A stretch of DNA of 64,000 nt from Cyanobacteria bacterium P01_A01_bin.123 (GCA_039815185.1 JBCBZT010000008.1:96001-160000); one strand, 5' to 3'; shown: positions 17,901-27,083, numbered from the stretch's first letter. Notes: a model not told the origin generated them from the sequence alone. Made by a program: numbers and translations.

Positions 17901-19912
17901 CCGAGACCATCTGCATAGGTGGTAATGATGTCAAGTGCATCTTGGTTGGCCAAATCAGCGTAGGTAGGTGTACTGCTGAAGTCGAGGAAGTCAACCAGGG
18001 CGTCACCATAAATTCCACGCAACCGCTCTTCATCAACAACTGGCGCACCACTGAAGTTTAAGGTCAATTGAGGCACCAGTGCTGGATCCTCAAACTCAGA
18101 CGACCAGAAGTCCCAACCATCACCCGAGTCATTGGTGAATGCCCAGCCAAAGTTTTGATCAGGATTTGCCAACCAAAACTCGAGATCCTCAGTCACATCA
18201 ATATTCAACAGGGTTTCATCAGCAGGCTGCGGAATTGTGAAGGAGGCTACGCTGGAGGCTTCTAAATCATCAGATTGAACGCCATCTCCCCCAAAGGAAT
18301 TCCAGGTGCTGCTGTCATCCCAAGCCTGGAGCATTCGGAAGGCAGAAACGGTTCCATCAGAATCACTGTTGGTGTAAACCGTCAAAAACGCACTCTCTAG
18401 GGTTGCACCGTCAGGAACACCGGCAAGATCGTTGAACTGCAACAATGCCTGGGTGGGGGTACCGCCATCGTCCAAGTCCACGGTGATGTCAACGACATCG
18501 CCGCCGGGGGTATCTGGATCCCCGGCAAGGATGTTGTTATCAGTAACATCCGTCGAGACGGTGAAAGCGGTATTGGCAACAAAGTCAAACGGGACGGAAA
18601 ATCCCCCGCCACCGTCGTTAATAAAGTTGTCTTCGGTATCCCCGAATAGCTGCACCAGAGGAATATCGCCAAGACCGTTGTCGGCAAGCTGACTGCTGAG
18701 GTCAATCAAATTTGCAACTTCAAAGGACTGGATGAAGATCCGATTGGGATCAGTGAAGCCCGTTGCTTCCAAGGTAGCAATCAGGGGTTCTTCCAGAGAC
18801 AATCCTTGATTATCAAAGAAGGTGGGGTGCTTGGTTTCAGGGTAGATGCCGACTTGCACACCGGTTTCAGCTTCGACGTCCTGAACCAGTTCAATTACCT
18901 GCTCTAAGCTCGGAATTTTGAACAGATCATTGAAAGACTGGTCGCGAAAATCCCGAGACTGACGAGCGCGAACGCTCTCTTGTAACTCCTCGAAGGTAAA
19001 GTCTTCTGCAAACCATCCCCCCACCAGAGAACCGTCCAGGCTTTTGACGGTTAATCGATCGGCAAATTGAGGCAGATCCGCAATGTTTGTGGTTAGGCTG
19101 CTGTCTTGCTTGACAATAGGATTGCCATCGGCATCAAAGAGAATGTTGCCATCGGCATCGAGTTCAACCTGAGCCAATGTGGGTTCATGGCGCGCAATCA
19201 GGACCCCATCGCTGGTAATAGCTAGGTCTGGCTCAATGAAGTCAGCCCCGGCTGCGATCGCGGCTCGATATGCTTCCAGGGTATGCTCAGGGAAGTCACC
19301 GCTCGCGCCGCGGTGGGCAATGACCAGCGGATCTTGACCATTCAAGGTGTTGAGATCTACTGGATTTGGAGTGGGAATAGGGGCTTCTAAGAGTTCACCC
19401 TCACTGTTGAAGTGCAAAATGAAGGGGCCAAACTCTTCACCCACCCAGATATCACCGTTTCTGTCAATCACAAAAGATTCGATATCAAAATCAGCACCCG
19501 TTAGCAGCCGCTCTAGGGTGCCTTCATTTTGAATGTCAAACGGAATCAGGTTATTGGGGTCAGCAAGCTGCACAAACCCCTGGACTTCAACGGAGCCATC
19601 CCCACTTTCGGTTCCGACAAAATCAGGATCGACCTGATAGAGGCGCAGCAAGTAGTCTGTACTGTTGGTTTGTCCGCCAAAGCCGTTGTCTGACAGAAAC
19701 CAGAAGGTGTTGGCGTCGTCACCGGGCGCGAATTGAACGCCGCTAAACCCTTGGACCGGCTGGCCATCAAAGGGACCCGTGCGGCCATTGGCAGAGATGG
19801 GTTGAATCCGGGCGATCGCATCGATTGCGCCATTATCAGCCCCGGACGGGGGGCCATCGGCAAAGGTGTCTGCGGGTAGAAATGCAAACCCTTTCAAAGT
19901 AGTTTCTACCAT
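14903..19912 (-). CDS. Secreted multidomain phosphoesterase: split phytase-like esterase domain, two glycerophosphodiester phosphodiesterase (GDPD) domains, DNRLRE-like insert and RTX tail
   Basis: QGFSG/LSDNGFG/DIES/EEFGP at the N terminus and GYEGMA/VIERD/ANDNNYP at the C terminus. Two HRG..G..PEHT...IEPD...YPETKHP...VHPYTLR...DGFFTDF GDPD units. GGxGxD repeats. Confidence 0.9.
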   Translation of the reverse strand: MVETTLKGFAFLPADTFADGPPSGADNGAIDAIARIQPISANGRTGPFDGQPVQGFSGVQFAPGDDANTFWFLSDNGFGGQTNSTDYLLRLYQVDPDFVGTESGDGSVEVQGFVQLADPNNLIPFDIQNEGTLERLLTGADFDIESFVIDRNGDIWVGEEFGPFILHFNSEGELLEAPIPTPNPVDLNTLNGQDPLVIAHRGASGDFPEHTLEAYRAAIAAGADFIEPDLAITSDGVLIARHEPTLAQVELDADGNILFDADGNPIVKQDSSLTTNIADLPQFADRLTVKSLDGSLVGGWFAEDFTFEELQESVRARQSRDFRDQSFNDLFKIPSLEQVIELVQDVEAETGVQVGIYPETKHPTFFDNQGLSLEEPLIATLEATGFTDPNRIFIQSFEVANLIDLSSQLADNGLGDIPLVQLFGDTEDNFINDGGGGFSVPFDFVANTAFTVSTDVTDNNILAGDPDTPGGDVVDITVDLDDGGTPTQALLQFNDLAGVPDGATLESAFLTVYTNSDSDGTVSAFRMLQAWDDSSTWNSFGGDGVQSDDLEASSVASFTIPQPADETLLNIDVTEDLEFWLANPDQNFGWAFTNDSGDGWDFWSSEFEDPALVPQLTLNFSGAPVVDEERLRGIYGDALVDFLDFSSTPTYADLANQDALDIITTYADGLGPWKNSIILREPLDTPVDGNGDGVAEITTQNTGEIFPLIDLAHNADLQVHPYTLRDEERFLTLNADGTPQTPEQEFQQLIELGADGFFTDFARTGDPVRDQLVSDTVKSPQNPDFDFNTLNGQTPLVIGHRGDSGNFPEHTLEAYRSAIFQGADFIEPDLVITQDGVLIARHEPMLDDTTNVAEVFGPERMSTKMLDGEAVTAYFAEDFTLAEIKQLRAVQSRDFRSDEFDGLFEIPTFQEVIELVQEVEADYGFQVGIYPETKHPTFFDEQGLSLEEPLVQTLVDTGFTNRNRIFIQSFEIQNLLDLRNNVLPDAGLDNLQLVQLFGDTEGSFINDGGGGFSVPFDLVANADLSDAEKAAIYGDLLPFLDFDNPGYDALTNADAIAEISAYADGLGPWKNNILLRESFPTSEDRDGNGTNETVLQRLTFDTTEGIFGGLLAYNSELLTGEGIETLDPTTSLELDIDFFGTPLTEADDFLFDFFPVLTLEDGVPVNLSYLVETDDLAFEIVGELGEELTVEFEVGPLDNPTLTGEGTVEIPVGIGTQLTGEVVPIVDWAHDAGLQVHPYTLRDEPRFLTLNPDGTAQSTGDEFRQLIELGVDGFFTDFPETGRIVLEEFPDASSEANLRGSRGYEGMAFSPDRQTLYPMLEGTVVGDPATSLRIYEFDVATSAFEGIVGLYQMDAPNHAIGDFTPINNDEFLVIERDGRQGAEAAFKKIFKVDLSEIDDNGFVEKTEVADLLNISDPDDLNGDGETTFNFPFVTIEDVLVLDEKTILVANDNNYPFSIGRDFSGVEIDNNEVIQLGLETALNLDPRVGAAALTRDFIQGGSDDETLAGGSDLDAFLFGGDGDDVLRGDRNVRSAQTGEAGGNDTIYGEGGNDRIGGKSGDDILFGGAGDDDIWGDDGDDLLRGGKGNDTLTGDNSSGGQGSDTFVLAVGEGTDTITDFEVGTDFIGLADGLTFGALSFSGDTINAGNETLAVLTGIDTTTVIEASFVLI

Positions 19913-19968
19913 AGAAAATGGGGGCTTTTATCCCTGTATAAACAACCAGAATATAGAGTCCCATAGGC

Positions 19969-20008
19969 TTATTAACGGGTTGTTATCTGGTATTAATTCC
20001 AGGTAAAG
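19969..20008 (-). promoter_or_regulatory. Candidate Pho box (SphR/PhoB site)
   Basis: Minus strand reads CTTTACCT, ATTAATAC, GATAACAA, GTTAATAA at 11/10/11-bp spacing, resembling cyanobacterial YTTAAYYW repeats. It lies upstream of a TATATT -10 candidate and a phosphoesterase gene. Confidence 0.5.
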
Positions 20009-20034
20009 AAAACACTAAATGATTCCGATCTAAC

Positions 20035-20094
20035 CCCCATCTGATTGGAAAACCTATTTTTTAACGCCAGGGGAAACTAGGGTTCTAGATGTGA
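20035..20094. repeat. Repeat family A, degenerate copy
   Basis: CCCCATCTGATTGGAAA...GAAACTAGGGTTCTAGATGTGA. Confidence 0.5.
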
Positions 20095-20878
20095 ATCAGA
20101 CCTCATAATTTCCATGACGTGAAGGATTGTTTATTTATTTTGGATCAAATTGACCTTTAGCCAATTTTGCGCATAAACCATACTCGCTTCTGTCTTGAGT
20201 TGGATCAAGGCAGAGCGACACCCATAGGTTATATGAAATTTCCGTGAAGTACTACAGACAAAGGCTGTAGCCCACTATAGTAATAGATCGGGTTGTACAA
20301 ATTCACTGCGATCGCCCTTGTTGAAGCCTTAGTACTCTGACAGATAAAAACTGCCACCCCTACATCTCCGGATTCAGGGTTGGAGCTATTGCTTATTTAT
20401 GCTTAGTGATGAGTATTTTTGGAGTCCTTGAGATGCCTTGTGATGCGATTACAAAGCATTTAATTTTTTGAGCGGCATATCAAGGTTAGTCATTCAATAA
20501 CCTCCACTATTGTGCACTGATAGATATCAATTTCTCCGCTGAAGGAGTAGATCAAAAAATCGATATCGCACCGATTTTAAAGCTGGGATGGGGCATAGAG
20601 ATTTGCACTTCTATGAGGAAAACTCTGGATTTGAATTGGGCTAAGCGTTTGAATTGAGCAACCTTCCTCAGCAAAATCGGGAAACTCTCCCACTGAGGCT
20701 GATTCCTATCTTGAGGAGCCTTTGAAGCGCGATCGCGATAAAAACTGCTAAGCATTCTGCATAAACTGAAGATTTATCGCCATAATTCATCCAGACTACG
20801 GTAATCTTGGAATTTGCCGAAATTGCCAGACCGTTTCTGCATCACCCGCCGTCAAACGCTTTGACTTGGAGGTTTTCT

Positions 20879-21865
20879 GTGGTTCAGTTCCATATCCAAC
20901 CCGACAGCGAAATTCCCGCCTCCACCCAACTGTTCAATCAGATTCAATTTGCCATTGCCTCACGGCAATATCCCCCGGGGCACCGCCTACCCAGCACCCG
21001 CCAACTGGCCATGCAAACGGGGCTACACCGCAACACGATTAGTAAGGTCTACCGCCAACTCGAAGAGGCTGGCGTGGTCGAAGCGCAACCCGGTTCTGGC
21101 ATTTATGTGCGGGGTCAGGGTAGTACTGAAAGTGCCAAGCCGCGATCGCCCCTATGGGATCAATTTCCTAAAGCTCGCGCTGTCGTTGAAGAGGGGCTAG
21201 ACGAACTGCTCCGCCAAGGCTGCTCCCTGCACCAAGCTCGAGAACTCTTCCTGGCTGAAATTGATTGGCGACTGCGCTGTAGCGCCCGGGTCCTCGTCTC
21301 TACCCCACGCCAAGATATCGGTGCCGGGGAAATGATGGTGCGAGAGCTAGAACAAGCCCTGCGGATTCCGGTACAGCTCGTGCCCCTAGAAGAACTCGAA
21401 GAAATTTTGGCTCAAACTCGTTCCGGGACTGTGGTCACCAGCAACTACTTTGTGTCAGAAGCCGAAGCGATCGCAGCCCCTAAATCAGTACGGGTGATTC
21501 CTATTGACATCTATGATTATGCCGAAGAATTAACGCTGCTCAAATCCTTACCCAAAGACACCTGCCTTGGCATGGTCAGCATTAGCTCTGGCGTCCTGCG
21601 AGCCTCTGAAGTGATCACCTACAGCCTACGGGGGGACGACATCCTCGTCATGACCGCACAAACTGACGATGCCTACAAACTGCAAGCACTTATTCGAACC
21701 GCCAACACTATTTTTGTGTTCGATAAAAGCAGTTACCCCACCGTCAAACAGGCGATCGCCGATGCCCGTAACGACCTGATTCGCCCGCCCCAAGTGGTTT
21801 GCAGCGAAAACTACATCGGTGAAAAATCCATCAACCTACTCAAGCGAGAACTCGGTTTGGATTAA
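20879..21865 (+). CDS. plmA: GntR-family transcriptional regulator, cyanobacterial PlmA type
   Basis: VQFHIQPDSEIPASTQL...LPSTRQLAMQTGLHRNTISKVY, ending LLKRELGL. GTG start at 20879 preceded by GGAGG. Confidence 0.88.
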   Translation: MVQFHIQPDSEIPASTQLFNQIQFAIASRQYPPGHRLPSTRQLAMQTGLHRNTISKVYRQLEEAGVVEAQPGSGIYVRGQGSTESAKPRSPLWDQFPKARAVVEEGLDELLRQGCSLHQARELFLAEIDWRLRCSARVLVSTPRQDIGAGEMMVRELEQALRIPVQLVPLEELEEILAQTRSGTVVTSNYFVSEAEAIAAPKSVRVIPIDIYDYAEELTLLKSLPKDTCLGMVSISSGVLRASEVITYSLRGDDILVMTAQTDDAYKLQALIRTANTIFVFDKSSYPTVKQAIADARNDLIRPPQVVCSENYIGEKSINLLKRELGLD

Positions 21866-21887
21866 TCGCTGATGTTAACTGGTGACC

Positions 21888-22430
21888 CTATCCGGCCTCT
21901 GCTTCTAAGATTCGGACGCCGACCACGCTGGTTTTGAAATTGTAGAGTTCACCTTCTAACTCGATTTGAGTCCCCAGCTTGACTTTACTATTGCCAAAGG
22001 TAGGGCCATTGTCACTGATTTGGGCATCCCCAGTTAAGGTAATCAGCATATCAATGGTGTAATTCAACTCGGGTCGAGGATCCGGAAACGACTCAACGCT
22101 GCCATCGGGTTGGGGCACGGCAGTGCTGCGCGGTAAGGACTCTACCGCTTTAATCCCCACTTGACCGTAGGGTTGATTACGAATGATTATATTGGTTGTG
22201 TCTGAGTTATTGAGGGTTTCAAACAAGGCAGCAGGGTCAGAAGCCGTCAACCCCCGCACCATCACATCAACCTCAATCGGTTTAACGGTCGCGTTGACCT
22301 GGGCCACAGAACCAGACGGACCCGGGAAGACAAAGACACCCACCACTACCATCAAGATAATCAGTGCTGCGCCAATATCGAGGACGCTGATTTTGCCGAA
22401 GAGTCGTCCTTTTGAATCCAAGATAGCCAT
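21888..22430 (-). CDS. DUF4330 family protein
   Basis: MAILDSKGRLFGKISVLD followed by a TM helix is characteristic. Confidence 0.8.
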   Translation of the reverse strand: MAILDSKGRLFGKISVLDIGAALIILMVVVGVFVFPGPSGSVAQVNATVKPIEVDVMVRGLTASDPAALFETLNNSDTTNIIIRNQPYGQVGIKAVESLPRSTAVPQPDGSVESFPDPRPELNYTIDMLITLTGDAQISDNGPTFGNSKVKLGTQIELEGELYNFKTSVVGVRILEAEAG

Positions 22431-22755
22431 AGTGGATTAGCATCCCTTCCCGTCTTTGGGAATACTGATTGTAAAGATAGTCGGGCGATCAGTAAAGAAT
22501 CCGTCCTCCCCCTGATCCTGGTTAACCATGTTAGTCGTTAGTATTTAAGCATGGGATGAGCAACTTCGCGTGCTAAATCTACGTCTAACTTAATGAGGCA
22601 TGTCCTTTGTGTCATTGCTCATTCAAAGGCGATCGCAGCTCATAACTCAGTCGATAGGCTGACTTAGTGCCTTCGATAAAAGCATGCTTGGTTTCTCCAG
22701 GAACCGCCATTGATTCATCCTAGTTATTGTTCGTTTCTTCTGCTCCTCAATCACG

Positions 22756-23619
22756 ATGTCTAAGTTCTCCTCTCAACTCTTTACCCGGCTTCATCGTCGC
22801 TGGCTCTATGGCTTGATGGCCCTTGTCATGTCCTTTGGTATTGGCATTGCCACACCCCGTCCCAGCCAGGCCATCACCATTTGGGATGTCATTTTCGGTG
22901 GTGTCCAAATTCTTCAGGCCACCCAGATTACCAACATGAGCGATGAACAAGAAGTCGAATTGGGACGGCAAATCGATGCCCAGCTCAAACAGCAAGGGCT
23001 TCAGGTCTTTTCTGAAGATGCGGCAGTAGATAACTACCTTGATGGCATCGGTCAACGCTTGGCCGCAACCAGCGATCGCCCTAATTTACCCTTTACTGTC
23101 CAGGTAGTGCGTGATGATGCTATCAATGCCTTTGCGACAGCCGGTGGATTTGTCTACATCCAAACTGGATTGATGGAAGCTGCCTCTAATGAAGCCGAAT
23201 TGGCTGGGGTTCTTGCCCATGAAATTGGCCATATTACAGGCAAACACGGCCTTAACCAGATGAAAGATCAAGCGATCGCCTCAGGCATCATGACCGCCGC
23301 TGGCGTCAGACAAGATCAACTGGTCAACATTGGTGTACAGCTTGCCTATAGTTTGCCCCGCAGTCGTGGTGATGAGAATGATGCGGATCGTCGCGGCTTT
23401 TTTAACATGGGGCGCGCAGGTTATGACCAGCGGGGCATTCGAGACTTCATGCAAAAGCTAGACCAAGGCGGATCTCCCCCAGAGTTCATCAGTACCCACC
23501 CCAACCCTGGTAATCGAGTTGGCAATCTCAACGGCTTGCTCAATAGCGACGCCACGCCCAGCGCCACTGATGGCATGGACAATAGTGCTTATCGAACCCG
23601 AGTTAACAACTTAATTTAG
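22756..23619 (+). CDS. M48 family zinc metallopeptidase, exported
   Basis: INAFATAGG, ELAGVLAHEIGH, ENDAD and STHP. Signal peptide. Confidence 0.9.
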   Translation: MSKFSSQLFTRLHRRWLYGLMALVMSFGIGIATPRPSQAITIWDVIFGGVQILQATQITNMSDEQEVELGRQIDAQLKQQGLQVFSEDAAVDNYLDGIGQRLAATSDRPNLPFTVQVVRDDAINAFATAGGFVYIQTGLMEAASNEAELAGVLAHEIGHITGKHGLNQMKDQAIASGIMTAAGVRQDQLVNIGVQLAYSLPRSRGDENDADRRGFFNMGRAGYDQRGIRDFMQKLDQGGSPPEFISTHPNPGNRVGNLNGLLNSDATPSATDGMDNSAYRTRVNNLI

Positions 23620-23664
23620 TTCCCTGAGTCAAAGTCAAATTTGACCCGGTAGAACTTTTCAAAG

Positions 23665-23697
23665 AAAAAGAGACGCTTCTGAGAAGCGTCTCTTTTT
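23665..23697. terminator. Bidirectional rho-independent terminator
   Basis: AAAAAGAGACGCTTCT-G-AGAAGCGTCTCTTTTT perfect hairpin between convergent genes. Confidence 0.85.
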
Positions 23698-23721
23698 GCT
23701 CATGTGCCTAATTTTTGACTA

Positions 23722-23833
23722 ATACCAGTTCTTTCAAGATACAGATCAGACCTCTCCCATCCTCCCCTTGTGGAGGGGAGGTGCCGTAGACGGAGGGATA
23801 CTCATCTGTAGCCAGGACTTTGCGATTTGGTAT
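23722..23833. mobile_element. MITE-like element
   Basis: ATACCA...TGGTAT termini, internal CCTCCCCT/AGGGGAGG hairpin, flanking GTGCCT(A/T)ATTTTT direct repeats. Confidence 0.55.
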
Positions 23834-23949
23834 GACGTGCCTTATTTTTTTGTGGCGGTTGAACAACACTTTATGGTATTTCAAGCTGCATTAAGCTGAA
23901 TAGACAACGGTGAAAAATGTCCCCGAGAGGAGGCAAGCATTGAAAATCG

Positions 23950-24426
23950 CTACAGTTCTTTGAAATGGTAAACGACAACCCCACTGTCAGGATCATTGTC
24001 GATATCAACATAGCCCGTTTTTAGCATATCCTTTAGCGTCGCTTCCACTGTGGAGAAGGGGGCTCCGGTATCGATGACGCCCTGAGTTACGGATAGCCTG
24101 CCCTGGCGCTTTTGGGCCGATTTTAACAACTGGAGCATCAAATCTTCTGTCGTCAGGCGCGATTCGACTACAGCCGTTGCCGCATAGCTGGGTTGTAGCG
24201 GTATCCCCTGGGGGGTCAAACCGTGGCGCAAACGATATCGATCGTTGTGACTTTCAACCATTTCGGGAATCAGCAACAGATCGACAATCTGACCAATGCC
24301 AAACAGGCCAAAGGTAAACATCCACACAAGACCGGAGACAATCTTGCCGTTATAAATCCGGTGGAGTCCTGCGACTCCAAAAACCCAGCCTATCCAAAGC
24401 AAGTAGGCTGTACCGTGCTTGTTCAT
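23950..24426 (-). CDS. TM2/NINE domain membrane protein
   Basis: AYLLW...GLHRIYNGK...FTFGLFGIGQIVDLLLIP. C-terminal winged-helix-like region. Confidence 0.85.
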   Translation of the reverse strand: MNKHGTAYLLWIGWVFGVAGLHRIYNGKIVSGLVWMFTFGLFGIGQIVDLLLIPEMVESHNDRYRLRHGLTPQGIPLQPSYAATAVVESRLTTEDLMLQLLKSAQKRQGRLSVTQGVIDTGAPFSTVEATLKDMLKTGYVDIDNDPDSGVVVYHFKEL

Positions 24427-24566
24427 GACAGATACTGACAATCAAGGGGCCATTAAAGGTATGCCCCTATGATATTAAATCTGCCTTGGGTTCAACCTGG
24501 CTAGCCCCTGTCGAGCATCCTATTTTAGTAACCCTTAACGATCACAGCCCTTAGCCATCGCAGTCC

Positions 24567-26126
24567 TTAATGCAGGAAATGACGGAGGCCAGTGAACACC
24601 ATGATTAACCCCAATTCGTTAGCGGCGTTGATCGAGTCTTGATCGCGAATGCTGCCGCCGGGTTGAATGATTGCCGTGACCCCAGCCGCCGCTGCGGTTC
24701 GCACCGAATCATCAAAGGGGAAGAACCCATCGCTGGCTAAGGTTGCCCCTCGAACCTGCTCTCCAGCTTGCTCTAAAGCAATTTTGACGGCACCAACTCG
24801 ATTCATTTGGCCTGCTCCGACGCCCACAGTGGCGCGATCGCGGCTAATCACAATCGCATTAGACTTGACGTGCTTGACTATACGCCAGGCAAACAAAAGC
24901 TCTTCCAATTGGGCGACGTCGGGCTTGTGCTCAGTCACAATTTGCCACTGGCTGGGATCTTCAACGACATCGTCAGCATTTTGAACCAAAAAGCCCCCCG
25001 CAATTGTTTTGACAGTTTGGGACGGGCCTTGAGCGAGGTCATTTAAGATCAGCACCCGCAAGTTTTTCTTGCTCTCTAAGATCGCTTGAGCTTCAGGATC
25101 ACAACCGGGAGCGACTACACATTCCAGAAAGGTTTGGGTCAGGGCCGTTGCCGTTTCAGCCTCAATGGATTGGTTAAGCGCGACAATGCCACCAAAGGCA
25201 GACACAGAATCGGCATTGAACGCTTTTTCGTAGGCTTCTTTAACTGAATCGCCCAGGGCTGCACCGCAGGGATTAGTGTGTTTTAGCACAGCTGCTGCTG
25301 GCCCCTGTTCTTCGGGAAACTCAGTAATAATGCGCCGCGCCGCTTCCAAATCGACAAGGTTATTATAGCTGAGTTCCTTCCCTTGGAGTTTTTCTGCGGT
25401 GGCCCAACCCGAAGCTTCGGTGCTGTGTTGATACCAGGTAGCAGGTTGGTGGGGGTTTTCACCATAGCGCAGGGTTTGTTTAGGCCGACCACTGAACGCA
25501 AATTGCTGGGGAATAGGCAGGTCTATCTCATCTGCGATCGCCTCTTGAGTTAAATACTGGGTGATCGCTTGATCGTAGGTGGCCGTATGGTTAAAGGCTT
25601 GTAGGGCGCAGCGTCGGCGAAATTCTGGAGTGACTGTCCCATCCTGTTGCTGCAACTGTTCAAGATAGCCATCATATTGACCCGGATCACAAAGCACCGT
25701 GAGATAGTCATAGTTCTTAGCCGCAGCTCGAATTAAGGTAGGGCCACCAATATCGATCTGCTCGATCGCTTCTGGCAAAGTAACTCCAGACTTGGCAATG
25801 GTTTGCTCGAAGGGATAAAGGTTAACCACAACTAAGTCAAACGGTCGGATGTCGTTGTCGGTTAAATCTTGTTGGTCTTCGGCTAGGGATAAACGAGCCA
25901 AAATACCACCGTGAATTCTGGGGTGGAGCGTTTTAACCCGACCCCCCAAAATTTCTGGTGACCCTGTATAGTCTGAGACTTTGGTCACTGATAGGCCAGC
26001 CTCAGCCAGAGCGTTTGCCGTCCCTCCGCTGCTGATGAGTTCAAATCCAAAATCTTCGACTAGATGAGTCGCAAGTTTCACCAAGCCTGTTTTATCTGAT
26101 GTGCTCAGCAGTGCCAACCGTGCCAT
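24567..26126 (-). CDS. purH: Bifunctional AICAR transformylase / IMP cyclohydrolase
   Basis: ALLSTSDKTG, GRVKTLHP, IDIGGP, LRYGENPHQ, ASDGFFPF, IIQPGGS and RHFLH. Confidence 0.97.
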   Translation of the reverse strand: MARLALLSTSDKTGLVKLATHLVEDFGFELISSGGTANALAEAGLSVTKVSDYTGSPEILGGRVKTLHPRIHGGILARLSLAEDQQDLTDNDIRPFDLVVVNLYPFEQTIAKSGVTLPEAIEQIDIGGPTLIRAAAKNYDYLTVLCDPGQYDGYLEQLQQQDGTVTPEFRRRCALQAFNHTATYDQAITQYLTQEAIADEIDLPIPQQFAFSGRPKQTLRYGENPHQPATWYQHSTEASGWATAEKLQGKELSYNNLVDLEAARRIITEFPEEQGPAAAVLKHTNPCGAALGDSVKEAYEKAFNADSVSAFGGIVALNQSIEAETATALTQTFLECVVAPGCDPEAQAILESKKNLRVLILNDLAQGPSQTVKTIAGGFLVQNADDVVEDPSQWQIVTEHKPDVAQLEELLFAWRIVKHVKSNAIVISRDRATVGVGAGQMNRVGAVKIALEQAGEQVRGATLASDGFFPFDDSVRTAAAAGVTAIIQPGGSIRDQDSINAANELGLIMVFTGLRHFLH

Positions 26127-26351
26127 ACCCTTGCTTGTCCCCATTGCTTATAAGCCTTACTCAGCCAGCATACAAGGGGCAGTGAATCGTGGGTAGGTGC
26201 TCAGAAATTCACCGACGTCAGCAACGCTTGAGCAAGGGAGTCAATGCTATAGATTAAAAAAACACTGGATTAATTCACATAAATTAATTTTCTTTGTTAG
26301 ATTTATTAGTATAGATGATCCAAATTCTTGCCGACTCAAGTTTTTTTTACC

Positions 26352-26891
26352 ATGAATACCTCTGTTTCTCGCTTGGCGCTTGTTTTCAAGCCCAACGTCA
26401 ATCCTAACTTCTGGTCACAAACCGCCTGGGCTATTTTGCGTGCTGTGATTGGCATCATGATGGTTCACAACGGTTTGGACAAGCTGGGTAATATTGAGAG
26501 CTTTGCCCAAGCTTACGTCGCCTACATTGGTTTACCCTTTCCTATTTTCTTTAGCTACGTCGCAGCTTACACCGAGCTGATTGGTGCTCCCCTGGTTGCT
26601 CTGGGCTTGTTCACTCGTCCCGCAGCTTTTGGCTTGTTTTGCACCATGTGTGTTGCGATGTATCACCACGTTAAGGTAGCTGGATTGAGTCTCCCCTATT
26701 TGGAACTCTCGGCTATCTACGCAGCGACATTCTTGTTTTTCACCATCAACGGGGCTGGGTTGTTCTCTACTGATGCCATCATTGCCAACTGGCTAGACGC
26801 TAGTGCGTTATCGGCCCGGGCAAAACAAATCATGCGTCTTGAGAAGGCTTATGAAGCAGCGAGTCCTCAGAAGGAAACGACGAAAGTTTGA
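26352..26891 (+). CDS. DoxX family membrane protein
   Basis: ILR..IG.MM.HNGLDKL, EL.G...LGLFTR and GAGLFSTD. Confidence 0.85.
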   Translation: MNTSVSRLALVFKPNVNPNFWSQTAWAILRAVIGIMMVHNGLDKLGNIESFAQAYVAYIGLPFPIFFSYVAAYTELIGAPLVALGLFTRPAAFGLFCTMCVAMYHHVKVAGLSLPYLELSAIYAATFLFFTINGAGLFSTDAIIANWLDASALSARAKQIMRLEKAYEAASPQKETTKV

Positions 26892-26958
26892 GGATATGGT
26901 TTAGAGCATCGGGATGCGATCGCGTCCTGATGCTTTAATCCAAAATTCAATTATGAGA

Positions 26959-26990
26959 AGGGGTTGAAATCTCAGATGATTTCAACCCCT
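26959..26990. terminator. Hairpin terminator between convergent genes (second hairpin at 26905-26934)
   Basis: AGGGGTTGAAATC...GATTTCAACCCCT. Confidence 0.65.
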
Positions 26991-27083
26991 CCTTAATGTC
27001 AATTAATACGAGAACTGCCTTAAAAATCGACAGGGCTTAAGTTTACTCATCCTGTCAATCGCCTCTCATAATGCTGACAAATC

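Noticed and set aside
1706..19887. Many 60-130 aa ORFs overlapping the phosphoesterase and EPS genes
   Set aside because: They are antisense or alternate-frame shadows of codon bias and RTX repeats.
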